64,000 nucleotides of DNA, taken from Candidatus Hydrogenedentota bacterium (lineage in GTDB: Bacteria > Hydrogenedentota > Hydrogenedentia > Hydrogenedentales > SLHB01). Shown here one piece after another: positions 9,966-18,275 of the stretch (position 1 is its first letter; the number at the start of each line of letters is the position of its first letter). The position numbers and the translations under genes are program-made. Under the pieces are notes generated by a model, which saw nothing but the letters and a program-made list of their open reading frames with translations, did not search any database and had not been told where the DNA came from. Where the stretch lies: NCBI GenBank assembly GCA_963668025.2, contig CAXXTH010000010.1, forward strand, positions 544,001 to 608,000, given 5' to 3'.

Positions 9966-9988
9966 ATGCGTAAGCCCTGGGACAGGGG

Positions 9989-11350
9989 TAGGGCAATCGC
10001 ATTAAAACTCAGGTTACCATAAGGGTTTTACAGAGATAGTCGGTATCCCAGCCGGCTCGTTTTCGTTTGGTCTTTACGCCGACCTTTGTGGTCTTATCGG
10101 CTTTGAGGGCGTTCAATGCCAATCGGCGTATGGTGGCCAGGTTTTCAGCGGCATAGCCGGCCCGAATACGGCATTGGTCCTCGTCGAAGGCGACGTCGAG
10201 CACCCAGTGCAGGCAATTCTCCACTTGCCAGTGAGCGCGGATGGCCGTGGCGATTTTCTCCACATTGCCATGGGTGTTGCTGGTGATGAAGAAGCGATCT
10301 TCGATGGAGGTTTCGCCTTTGACGGTGCGGGTGGCCCGGCACATGGCCATGGCAGCCAGCTGGGGCCAGCGTTCGAGGGGGCCTAATCCTGCAATATCCT
10401 TTGTGAGCCAATACTGGCGTTTTTCCGTGCGCCCGTGGTTCTTTTCGAGGGTTTCGTAATACTGGTGGTCCATGTGGGCGAAATCCTGGGCCATTGCCTC
10501 TTTGAACTCCTGTTCCACATCCTCGGCAAGGGTTTCCTGATTGCCCTTGACCGCCAGCAAGTAGTCTGCACCGGCGTCGACAATCGTCTGGGCGATTTCC
10601 CGTTGACAGCCCATGGCGTCGATGGTAATCAGACAGCCTCGCAGTTCCAAGAGCTTGATCAATTCAGGGATAGCGGTGATTTCGTTGGACTTATCGTTCA
10701 CTTTGGTCTGCCCCAAGGACAGCCCATTGCTCGTGGCCCAAGCGCTCACCACGTGGATGGCCTTCTTGCCTTGGGTTTGGTCGTGCGAGCGGCGTGCTGT
10801 CTTGCCGTCAATCGCGACAACGCCTTCCACCTGTGGCTGGAGCGCCCGGACCCAGTTGATGAAACACTGCGGGAAGACCGCGGGGTTGAGCAGGGAAAAG
10901 AAGCGCCCGAAGGTATCGTGGGAAGGAATGCCATTTTCGAGTTTGAGGAATGTGCGCAGCCACTGTTCCTTGGCTCTGCCGAATTCCTCGACGTGTGTCC
11001 ACCCATCGGCTCCCGCGATGACCGCACATATGGTGATGGCGATGATGTCAATCAGGCTGTGCCGCTTCTTGCGCTCCAGACGAGGGTCATCGATCTGTCC
11101 GAAGTGAAGGAAAAACAGGTTTTGATTCGCGTCCATGGGTCCATTCTCCTTTCTGTGAGGCCATGGACGCAAGATATCATATCAATAGATTATTATCTAA
11201 CTAATAATACTGAGAAAATGTACCCCTTGACTACCAAGAGAAAGAAATGGGGACAGTGCGAGGTACAAAGGACTGCAGAAAGAACTGCGGGCTTAGGTCA
11301 GGCAGCGGGGCCATATACCGGAGCATGGTCGTTTTAATGCGATTGCCCTG
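9989..11350 (-). mobile_element. ISAs1-family IS, element B (distinct from element A)
   Basis: TIRs TAGGGCAATCGCATTAAAAC (9989-10008) and GTTTTAATGCGATTGCCCTG (11331-11350) match at 19/20, with the terminal base mismatched. Confidence 0.9.
10009..11136 (-). CDS. ISAs1-family transposase
   Basis: PSHDTF, AIDGKTAR, KSNEITAIP, TIDAMGCQ and HWQVENCLHWVLDV. ATG at 11136 with AAGGAG RBS. Confidence 0.95.
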   Translation of the reverse strand: MDANQNLFFLHFGQIDDPRLERKKRHSLIDIIAITICAVIAGADGWTHVEEFGRAKEQWLRTFLKLENGIPSHDTFGRFFSLLNPAVFPQCFINWVRALQPQVEGVVAIDGKTARRSHDQTQGKKAIHVVSAWATSNGLSLGQTKVNDKSNEITAIPELIKLLELRGCLITIDAMGCQREIAQTIVDAGADYLLAVKGNQETLAEDVEQEFKEAMAQDFAHMDHQYYETLEKNHGRTEKRQYWLTKDIAGLGPLERWPQLAAMAMCRATRTVKGETSIEDRFFITSNTHGNVEKIATAIRAHWQVENCLHWVLDVAFDEDQCRIRAGYAAENLATIRRLALNALKADKTTKVGVKTKRKRAGWDTDYLCKTLMVT

Positions 11351-11541
11351 CTTGTATAGGCGAGGCAAAGCGGTTGCATCTTCAAATTCTGATAAAATGA
11401 ACCACTACACGGTAGGCTCCACCATAAGACTGCCCCAAAGGGACAGCCATCTGTGTAATTCCAGGATCTTCCCCGTTCCCGATACTCAGTGCTATGGTGA
11501 ATCTTGTTCATCATGCAAATCTTCGCCTAAACAAATAGCCT

Positions 11542-12087
11542 TCATTCGCATGCGCCCATCAGCTTTAGCCGCCAGGACGAAATGGGCTTTGTCTCTTGTA
11601 TGGCCATCGCGGATTTGCGTTGTTTCTCCGAAGGATGAAACAGATCAACCAAATCACTCGTCACATCGATTTGCGCGGCCCTTGAGTGTTTGGCCAGCTC
11701 TCGTTTGTCCCATTTGGACACCAGCGCATTAATGTCCTTCGCCTGTTTGAGTGCAACTGTTTGGTCCGCAATCAGGCTCAGGATCTCATCGACGGGAGCC
11801 GTGCCGAAGCCTTGCAGATGCATCTGGCGCTGGCCTTCGCGCATGGTGTTCTCGAGCTGGGCCATTTTCTTTTTATCGCCCGCCTGGCGCGCCTGCTCCA
11901 TTTCGTCGCGGACCGCCTTCAAACGCGCTTCATGAAACGCGCTGCCGCAATACGCGACGGCAATCGCTCTCGAGTCGTATATGCCGATGCGCTCCGCAGC
12001 TTCTTGCGGCGCATGGCAAGTAGTGCATGCGGATACCGTGGCAAACAGCGTAACGAGCGCTCCTAGGTAAACTAGCTTCGTACCCAT
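11542..12087 (-). CDS. Putative lipoprotein of unknown function (coiled coil, loosely Skp/OmpH-like)
   Basis: AAGGAG RBS, signal peptide ending in lipobox-like VSAC, RIGIYDSRAIAVAY segment and a helical charged core. Confidence 0.65.
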   Translation of the reverse strand: MGTKLVYLGALVTLFATVSACTTCHAPQEAAERIGIYDSRAIAVAYCGSAFHEARLKAVRDEMEQARQAGDKKKMAQLENTMREGQRQMHLQGFGTAPVDEILSLIADQTVALKQAKDINALVSKWDKRELAKHSRAAQIDVTSDLVDLFHPSEKQRKSAMAIQETKPISSWRLKLMGACE

Positions 12088-12194
12088 GATTGTTTCTCCT
12101 TGTATGCGAATTGCCCCGCCTTTAAGTTTACAGGTATAACGTACACACATGAACTACAAGGGCGGCAAAACCCCGCTTTCGTTTCCTCTTTTTC

Positions 12195-12665
12195 CTACCG
12201 GATATTGGCGCGCAGGACTTGGAGGGCGTCACAGACTTTACGCAACCGCTCCGCGCTTAGGCCCTTTGTGGCTTGGAGCACGCCATCCATATAGGCGTTG
12301 TCGGCGCTGTCGATGAGCGCACAGCCTTTTTCGGTCAGGGCCACCAGATTATAACGGCGGTCATTGGCCACCGCTTTGCGGCACACAAGCCCATCACGCT
12401 CCATGCGGTCCACCAGGCCCGTGACATTGCCGCGATTCACCAGCAGCATGCGGCTTAACTCGACTTGCGTCAGGCCGCCCTCGTCGCCGCACTGGTGCCG
12501 CAGCAGACTCAATACATTGAATTGGGTGTCCGTCAGGCCATATTGGCGCAACACCGAGGCGGCGTCTTTTTGGAGCATGCCCGCCGTATAATAAATGGAC
12601 AACAAGGTCTCGTGTTCGAGATTGGTGAAGTCCTTGCGCAGCCCCAATTCCTGCTTCAAGCCCAT
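12195..12665 (-). CDS. MarR-family transcriptional regulator
   Basis: GLTDTQFNVL, LVDRMERDGLV and DRRYNLVALTEKG. GGAGG RBS. Confidence 0.92.
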   Translation of the reverse strand: MGLKQELGLRKDFTNLEHETLLSIYYTAGMLQKDAASVLRQYGLTDTQFNVLSLLRHQCGDEGGLTQVELSRMLLVNRGNVTGLVDRMERDGLVCRKAVANDRRYNLVALTEKGCALIDSADNAYMDGVLQATKGLSAERLRKVCDALQVLRANIR

Positions 12666-12694
12666 ATTTCGCCTCCTGATCCGCTCATATGTAA

Positions 12695-12723
12695 ACTATA
12701 TAGCAGGAATCGGATTTTGTCAA
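12695..12723 (-). promoter_or_regulatory. Sigma70 promoter of marR
   Basis: TTGACA-17 bp-TATAGT. Confidence 0.75.
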
Positions 12724-13025
12724 GAAAAACTCGTTGCTTGTTTGGTCTTATTATGGTTTTACCACGGTGGCGGCTCCGGGCTTTACCGTGTTTGGGGCCG
12801 GCGCAATGCAATGTAGTCGTAGGTAGAGGAAGAAGCCTTGCACGAAGTCCTGCGGGACGATGTGTCACTTATGAGTTCGTGTCTGGCAATGAGGAGGCAT
12901 ATTCAGGGATCACAACGGAATTGAGAAGTACAGAATTGCCAGCATTTTAGGTCTATCTGTAGCCACTTGAAGCCCCCCGTCCGTATTATTGGCGCGCCAA
13001 CGACAATAGTTTTGCTAAAAATGCT

Positions 13026-13913
13026 TTAGTCCAGTTCAGTTCCGCCCCATTCGACCACCGTAAATCCGTGCCGGGTTATTGGTTTGAGCGTCGGTGGGCT
13101 GATGTCGATGGGCGCGGCAACAGGCTTGAATACCATGAAGACCCGAATGAGCGTATCCGGAGTGGGTGTGATTTGCAGCCGCGCATAATGCGAGTATTCC
13201 TCGGATGGGAAAGAGATAACATTGAAGGCATTCCTCTCCAAACGAGGCAGCCAATAGATGATGAATTCGTTCGCCTCGCGTTCCGATAACCCGAGCGTTG
13301 CCAAGGTCAATTCGAGAAAGCAAGCAGTATCTTTCCCGGCAACGACAAAACCCTCATTCAATCGATATTCGTGGTTATCAATGCCCTCCCAAAAGAGGCA
13401 ATAGTGGGATCTTCCGGTCTGCGCGTTGACTAACTCACCCGAAGGCTTCGCAATCACTTGCCAGGCTTCCGGGGGATAATCCGGATAGGCATGAAGGAGT
13501 TGTCCATCGTATGACAGTCTCACATTGACCAGTTGTTCCGTTGTGGGGTAGAGGTAGATGACTGGCTTCTCGCGCGCGCGTGCAAGAAAAGGAGCGAACA
13601 ATACAAAGAATGCGGCCCACGCGCCAAGACAGACAAGAACCCAACGAACGATCTTCCAGTAACCTCCTATGGCGGCGGCAAACGAAAAGAGCAAGAGAAG
13701 ACCGGCGGTTATCAAGGAGCTCATAATCATAAAGCCAGACAACGTGGCGCAAGTGGCTATCATTACACGCGGAATCTGGCAGCCGTGGTACCACCCGTAG
13801 CGAGAGACGAATTCCGCTGCAAAAAGGAGAATTGTAAAAAGCAGAAGGCAAACGACAAGAACAGTGAAAACGGCTCGAACCCACTCTTCCGTCGTTTTCG
13901 GCCACATCTTCAT
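13026..13913 (-). CDS. Membrane-anchored protein with uncharacterised 'KPVIYLYP' C-terminal domain
   Basis: ATG at 13913 with GGAG RBS and three hydrophobic segments, then KPVIYLYP...LFWEG...EFIIYWLP...RVFM...VVEWGG. Confidence 0.75.
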   Translation of the reverse strand: MKMWPKTTEEWVRAVFTVLVVCLLLFTILLFAAEFVSRYGWYHGCQIPRVMIATCATLSGFMIMSSLITAGLLLLFSFAAAIGGYWKIVRWVLVCLGAWAAFFVLFAPFLARAREKPVIYLYPTTEQLVNVRLSYDGQLLHAYPDYPPEAWQVIAKPSGELVNAQTGRSHYCLFWEGIDNHEYRLNEGFVVAGKDTACFLELTLATLGLSEREANEFIIYWLPRLERNAFNVISFPSEEYSHYARLQITPTPDTLIRVFMVFKPVAAPIDISPPTLKPITRHGFTVVEWGGTELD

Positions 13914-14153
13914 CGGTTTGGGCTCCCTGGACGGTTGCACACCAAGGAATATTGTAGAAGCCTTGCATGGTGCAATCAATGGGTACATCGCCAAATCAAG
14001 GATTTTTCGAAAGGGGTGCGGAGAAAGCCTTCTTGCAAAGAGATTTTCCAAGCCCTTCCTGTTTTCGACGCGCCAAGGACGGGCTCCATGTGTTCTAGAG
14101 CGGTTTAAGGCAGTATGCACGCATGTTGCTGAATGGGATACGTATGGGAACAG

Positions 14154-14289
14154 ATGACCGGCGAGGGCGCCGGTCATTCTTCACCACTTGGCTAACATGT
14201 GGCTTTTTTAAAGCCTCCTGTGGCATAGACGCCCTTCCCATGAAGCAGAAGCTATACTGCTTGCTTCATGGCCGGGACGGCCATGCTAC
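14154..14289. repeat. Cluster of REP/REPIN-like palindromes downstream of proS
   Basis: ATGACCGGCG-AGGG-CGCCGGTCAT (14154-14177), CATGAAGCA/TGCTTCATG (14239-14270) and CATGGCCG-GGA-CGGCCATG (14267-14285) followed by CTAC. Confidence 0.6.
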
Positions 14290-14306
14290 GATAATACAAG
14301 GCCGAG

Positions 14307-16049
14307 TCAGTAAGCGTCCGCTTTGGCGTTGATATCGGCGATAGCCTGTTCGATCCATCCCTTCACCGTGGCCACGGCTTCCGCAAGCGGCATGACGCCT
14401 GACTCGCCCGTGTCGCGGCGCTTCCATTCGACCTGGCCTTCTTTCAGGTTGCGTTCACTTACGACGAGCCGGAAGGGAATGCCCAGCAGGTCGGCGTCGG
14501 CGAATTGAGCGCCGGGACGTGCGTCACGGTCGTCGTAGAGCACTTCGAGGCCCGCCGCTTGGAGTCCAGCATACAATTGTTCGGCGGTGTCAGCGACACC
14601 GGGGGCTGCGAGCTTGATGGCGTTGAGGTGGACTTGCCACGGGGCGATGGTGATAGGCCAGATGGGGCCGTATTGGTCGCGGTAGGCTTCCATGGCGGAA
14701 CTCATCAGGCGGCCGACTCCGATGCCGTAGCAGCCCATGATGGGCGTGCAGGCCTTGCCCGCCTCATCGTTGTAGGCCATGCCCATGGATTCCGTGTATT
14801 TCACGCCGAGTTGGAAGATATTGCCCACTTCGATGCCGCGCTTGAAGATAAGCGAACCTTTCCCGTCGATGGAGGTATCGCCTTCTTTCACCTCGATGAT
14901 GTCGCAGGTCTCGACGCCGGGGAGGTCGCGGGACAGGTTGAAATAGATATAGTGGTAATCCGCTTCATTCGCGCCCGTGACGAGGTTGTTCGACGCGGCC
15001 ACGGTATCATCAATGATAATACGCACGCGGGCGCGGTCGAGTCCCATGGCCGAGGCGAAGCCTGGCACGGCCCCCACCGCGCGGATGCGTTCATCAGTCG
15101 CGGGCACGGGCTCGGCCTTGATCACTTTTGCGAGCTTCATCTCGTTTACATCGCGGTCGCCGCGCACGATGGCGAGGACCAGCTTGCCTTCGGCGTCCTG
15201 ATCATAAAAGACCGCTTTGGCCGTCCGGCGCGCTTCGACGCCCAGGAAACCCGCCACTTCTTCGATGGTCTTGCAGCCGGGCGTATGGACTTTTTCGAGC
15301 GGCTTTGGCTCTTCGGGATAGGCCTGTACGACGCCCTTCGCCACTTCGAGATTCGCCAGGTATCCGCTCTCTTCGCACACGACAATCGTGTCCTCGCCAG
15401 CGTCCACGAGCAGCATGAATTCATGGGCCACCTTGCCGCCCATCATGCCCGAGTCGGATTCGACGACGGCCACTTGCGGCACGCCCGCCCGCGCGAAAAT
15501 GCGCTGGTAGGCTTTGTAGCATTCCATGTAATAGCGTTCGAGGTCTTCCTGGCTGGCATGGAACGAATAGGCGTCTTTCATGGTGAATTCGCGCACGCGG
15601 ATCAGCCCGCCGCGCGAACGGGGCTCGTCGCGAAATTTCGTCTGGAGCTGGTAGACCATGAACGGCAACTGGGCGTGGCTGCTGATTTCATTGCGGCACA
15701 GGTGGACAACCGCCTCTTCGTGCGTCATGCCGAGCACCATGTCGTGCCCGGTGCGGTCGGAAAAGCGCACCAACTCGTTGCCCACGGACTGGTAGCGGCC
15801 TGATTCCTCCCACAGTTCGCGGGGCATCACCACCGGCATCAGCACTTCCTGGCCGCCGACGCGGTCCATCTCTTCGCGGAGGATGCGCTCGATCTTGCGT
15901 ACGACCCGCAATCCGGGCGGCAAGAGCGAATAGATCCCGTTGGCCACTTGGCGCGCATAGGCCCCGCGCAGCAGGAACGCGTGGCTATCCAGTGTAGCCT
16001 CCGCCGGACGCTCTTTGTACCGTGAACCCACCAATTGACTGAGCCGCAT
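14307..16049 (-). CDS. proS: Proline--tRNA ligase with editing (YbaK-like) insertion
   Basis: LGMTHEE, KFRDEPRSRGGLIRVREFTMKDAYSF, GIEVGNIFQLG, MGCYGIGVGR and the anticodon-binding domain. ATG at 16049 with AGGAG RBS. Confidence 0.97.
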   Translation of the reverse strand: MRLSQLVGSRYKERPAEATLDSHAFLLRGAYARQVANGIYSLLPPGLRVVRKIERILREEMDRVGGQEVLMPVVMPRELWEESGRYQSVGNELVRFSDRTGHDMVLGMTHEEAVVHLCRNEISSHAQLPFMVYQLQTKFRDEPRSRGGLIRVREFTMKDAYSFHASQEDLERYYMECYKAYQRIFARAGVPQVAVVESDSGMMGGKVAHEFMLLVDAGEDTIVVCEESGYLANLEVAKGVVQAYPEEPKPLEKVHTPGCKTIEEVAGFLGVEARRTAKAVFYDQDAEGKLVLAIVRGDRDVNEMKLAKVIKAEPVPATDERIRAVGAVPGFASAMGLDRARVRIIIDDTVAASNNLVTGANEADYHYIYFNLSRDLPGVETCDIIEVKEGDTSIDGKGSLIFKRGIEVGNIFQLGVKYTESMGMAYNDEAGKACTPIMGCYGIGVGRLMSSAMEAYRDQYGPIWPITIAPWQVHLNAIKLAAPGVADTAEQLYAGLQAAGLEVLYDDRDARPGAQFADADLLGIPFRLVVSERNLKEGQVEWKRRDTGESGVMPLAEAVATVKGWIEQAIADINAKADAY

Positions 16050-16209
16050 ATTCTTGTCTCCTATATACTTGAAGTATCGGAAAATTCCTGAAAACCGGCG
16101 ATAAGCAGAAGGGAGCATACGCGCTGGCGGAATCAAAACGCAACCTTATGGATAGGAATCATAGGCCTCTTCACCCTTGCTTGCGCTCCATCGGCAAAAC
16201 CGCCCAATA

Positions 16210-16238
16210 ATAAAGAAGGCGGAGCCGAAGCCCCGCCT
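16210..16238 (-). terminator. Intrinsic terminator
   Basis: Minus strand AGGCGGGGC-TTCG-GCTCCGCCT-TCTTTATT just after the 16265 stop. Confidence 0.8.
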
Positions 16239-16264
16239 ATGGCGTTAGAGCATGATCGCCGGGA

Positions 16265-17257
16265 TTACTTGCCTGTGGTTTTTTGAACCAGCGGCAATAC
16301 CTGTTTATCGATATCGGCGTCGGTGGTTCCCACTTGCGCCTTGAAAATATACCAGTCTTCCTGATGCGAGGCGCTGCCGCCGCTGGCCGGTATTTTCGAA
16401 ACTGGTGCGAGCGACTCAATTTCGAGCATGTCTTTGTCCACATACATCTCATTGTTTACGCCATAATCCAAATATTCAGCGCCTTCCTGGTAGGCAAATC
16501 GTTTGATAAACACATCACCCTCGAGCGTATAGGCCGCCCAGCCCTGCTTATTCAAGAAGCCGATTTTCTGCTTGGCGGTTGATTTTGGATCCTGGCGGCA
16601 TTGAACATATTTTTCGCTCCATGTCCAGCGCGGATCGGCCATATTCGTGTAATGCCATAGCACCAGCGGCCGGGCAGGCAGGAGATAATCCGGATGGGGG
16701 CGGTAGGGCTCTTGCGGGAAGATGACCCGGCCATTCCCGGCCATTACGGAAATAGACCACGGCGCGGTTTCGACATCCCACAGGTTGTGGTTGATAAGGG
16801 TATGGTTGATGGTCACATGGTCCTTGTCAGCCTCAAGGCTTATCTCAATCACTTTTTGCAGGCCGGTAGTGCCTTCGACAGGCTGCGTGAGTTTGAGCAC
16901 TTTGCCATCCCACGTATTTTCGACGGGCCCATTATCCGGCCAATACGTGCGCGGATCAGACTCCGGGGCATGCCAGAAACGATGGCCGCCGTAGTTGCAC
17001 CATTTATCGCCGCCCGTTTTGCCCAGCGCTTCAGGATATTCGTGGAACAGGTTCGGGCCGCCTACAAAACCAACCCGGATCACCCGTGGGCCTACATCCG
17101 TTGTCACGATGAGTTCGATGGAACCATTTGTCAGTTTAATACAGTTATTCCAGCCGCCATACGGAACTTTTTCCATTTGCACCTCCGCTGCCTGGGCCGC
17201 ACCAAACGATACAAGCGCCAGAACTGATACACACCATATTCCTGTTTTCCAAACCAT
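16265..17257 (-). CDS. Secreted protein, galactose-mutarotase-like fold (DUF4380-like)
   Basis: Signal peptide (AQA-A), TTDVGPRVI, YGGHRFWHAPE and EIESLAP. GGAGG RBS. Confidence 0.7.
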   Translation of the reverse strand: MVWKTGIWCVSVLALVSFGAAQAAEVQMEKVPYGGWNNCIKLTNGSIELIVTTDVGPRVIRVGFVGGPNLFHEYPEALGKTGGDKWCNYGGHRFWHAPESDPRTYWPDNGPVENTWDGKVLKLTQPVEGTTGLQKVIEISLEADKDHVTINHTLINHNLWDVETAPWSISVMAGNGRVIFPQEPYRPHPDYLLPARPLVLWHYTNMADPRWTWSEKYVQCRQDPKSTAKQKIGFLNKQGWAAYTLEGDVFIKRFAYQEGAEYLDYGVNNEMYVDKDMLEIESLAPVSKIPASGGSASHQEDWYIFKAQVGTTDADIDKQVLPLVQKTTGK

Positions 17258-17366
17258 TATACGAACCTCCCTTTGCTCATGCCATAGAGCATCTTACTAG
17301 ACCACAGCAAGGACACATCTCAGGCAAATTACGTATCCGCATTAGCACCGCACCCCACGGCGCACA

Positions 17367-18191
17367 CTAAAACCGATGCCGCACAAAGAATTCGAGCATG
17401 GCTCCATTATACTCCGGGCCGTGCTGATGCATGATAGTATATCCAACCAGCACATTAAGTGAATCTTTATCGGTAATAGGGGCTTCCACGCCAATCCTTG
17501 GGCTCAACCAAAATAGATGATACCTTTTTTCATCCTTAATGTGCAGTATATTTCCCGCCAGCGGTAAAGACGCTTTCACATCACCTATGCTAATCTGATA
17601 TGTATAGCCTAGATTGATTTCCGCCACGGGACGTGCAGCCTTTAATGAGGCAACGAAACCCGGCTCTTTCTTTACCGGCCTTCCCCAAGGGTAATAGGAA
17701 ATCGAGGAACCCACAAGGAGCGATTTTCGCGTAAAGTCCGCATCGAGCCGCAATGGAATCCCCAATGGAAAATAGCGTTTCCCATTGGGGATGGTCCCGA
17801 TGCCGCCGCCCGTATAAACCGTCCAGGAGGAATAGGCGTTGATATCGCGCCCATATCCTCCCCATAGATCCCAGACACGCCAGTCTTCGCACCAATCCTT
17901 GAATGTGGTGGGGCGCTCCCAGCGGGGCAACACTTTGCCCAGCGTATTGTTGAGCATGCCGTCAATGCGTTTTTCCGATTCCTCGAGCCGCAGATGGTAA
18001 TTCGATGTGCCCATGAACCAGAAAGAATCTTGGTTCTCCGAATCGGGATTGTCCTGCTCTTCCACTGCCGGCGCCTCTTGCGCCAGAAGCGATGGCGCGT
18101 CCGTATTTGTAGATTCTTCCGCCGAACAGCAAAACGCCGCAGAAGCAAGCATTATGGCTGGCAGCCATGAAACACCATGACGAAGTGTCAT
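17367..18191 (-). CDS. Putative outer-membrane beta-barrel protein
   Basis: Signal peptide, alternating amphipathic strands with aromatic residues, and C-terminal Phe (FFVRHRF). Confidence 0.6.
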   Translation of the reverse strand: MTLRHGVSWLPAIMLASAAFCCSAEESTNTDAPSLLAQEAPAVEEQDNPDSENQDSFWFMGTSNYHLRLEESEKRIDGMLNNTLGKVLPRWERPTTFKDWCEDWRVWDLWGGYGRDINAYSSWTVYTGGGIGTIPNGKRYFPLGIPLRLDADFTRKSLLVGSSISYYPWGRPVKKEPGFVASLKAARPVAEINLGYTYQISIGDVKASLPLAGNILHIKDEKRYHLFWLSPRIGVEAPITDKDSLNVLVGYTIMHQHGPEYNGAMLEFFVRHRF

Positions 18192-18275
18192 GTTACTTCC
18201 CCCCCCCCCAGGATGTGCCGCTCAATCTGAAAGGCTTATGCCCGCATGCCTATCTGCTTGTCCATTTCGTACATA

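Larger units (their letters stand above)
8374..9979 (+). mobile_element. ISAs1-family IS, element A copy 1 (1606 bp), with divergent accessory ORF
   Basis: Perfect 18-bp TIRs CAGGGCTTACGCATCTAA at 8374-8391 and 9962-9979. Near-identical inverted copy at 31244-32850. Confidence 0.95.

Noticed and set aside
9218-9973. 251-aa alternative-frame ORF in both ISAs1 copies
   Set aside because: Arg/Pro-rich shadow frame of the transposase; conservation follows from DNA identity.
14505-15803. Long antisense ORFs (also 19198-20361, 23661-24629, 48402-49265)
   Set aside because: Shadow frames opposite well-supported GC-rich genes.
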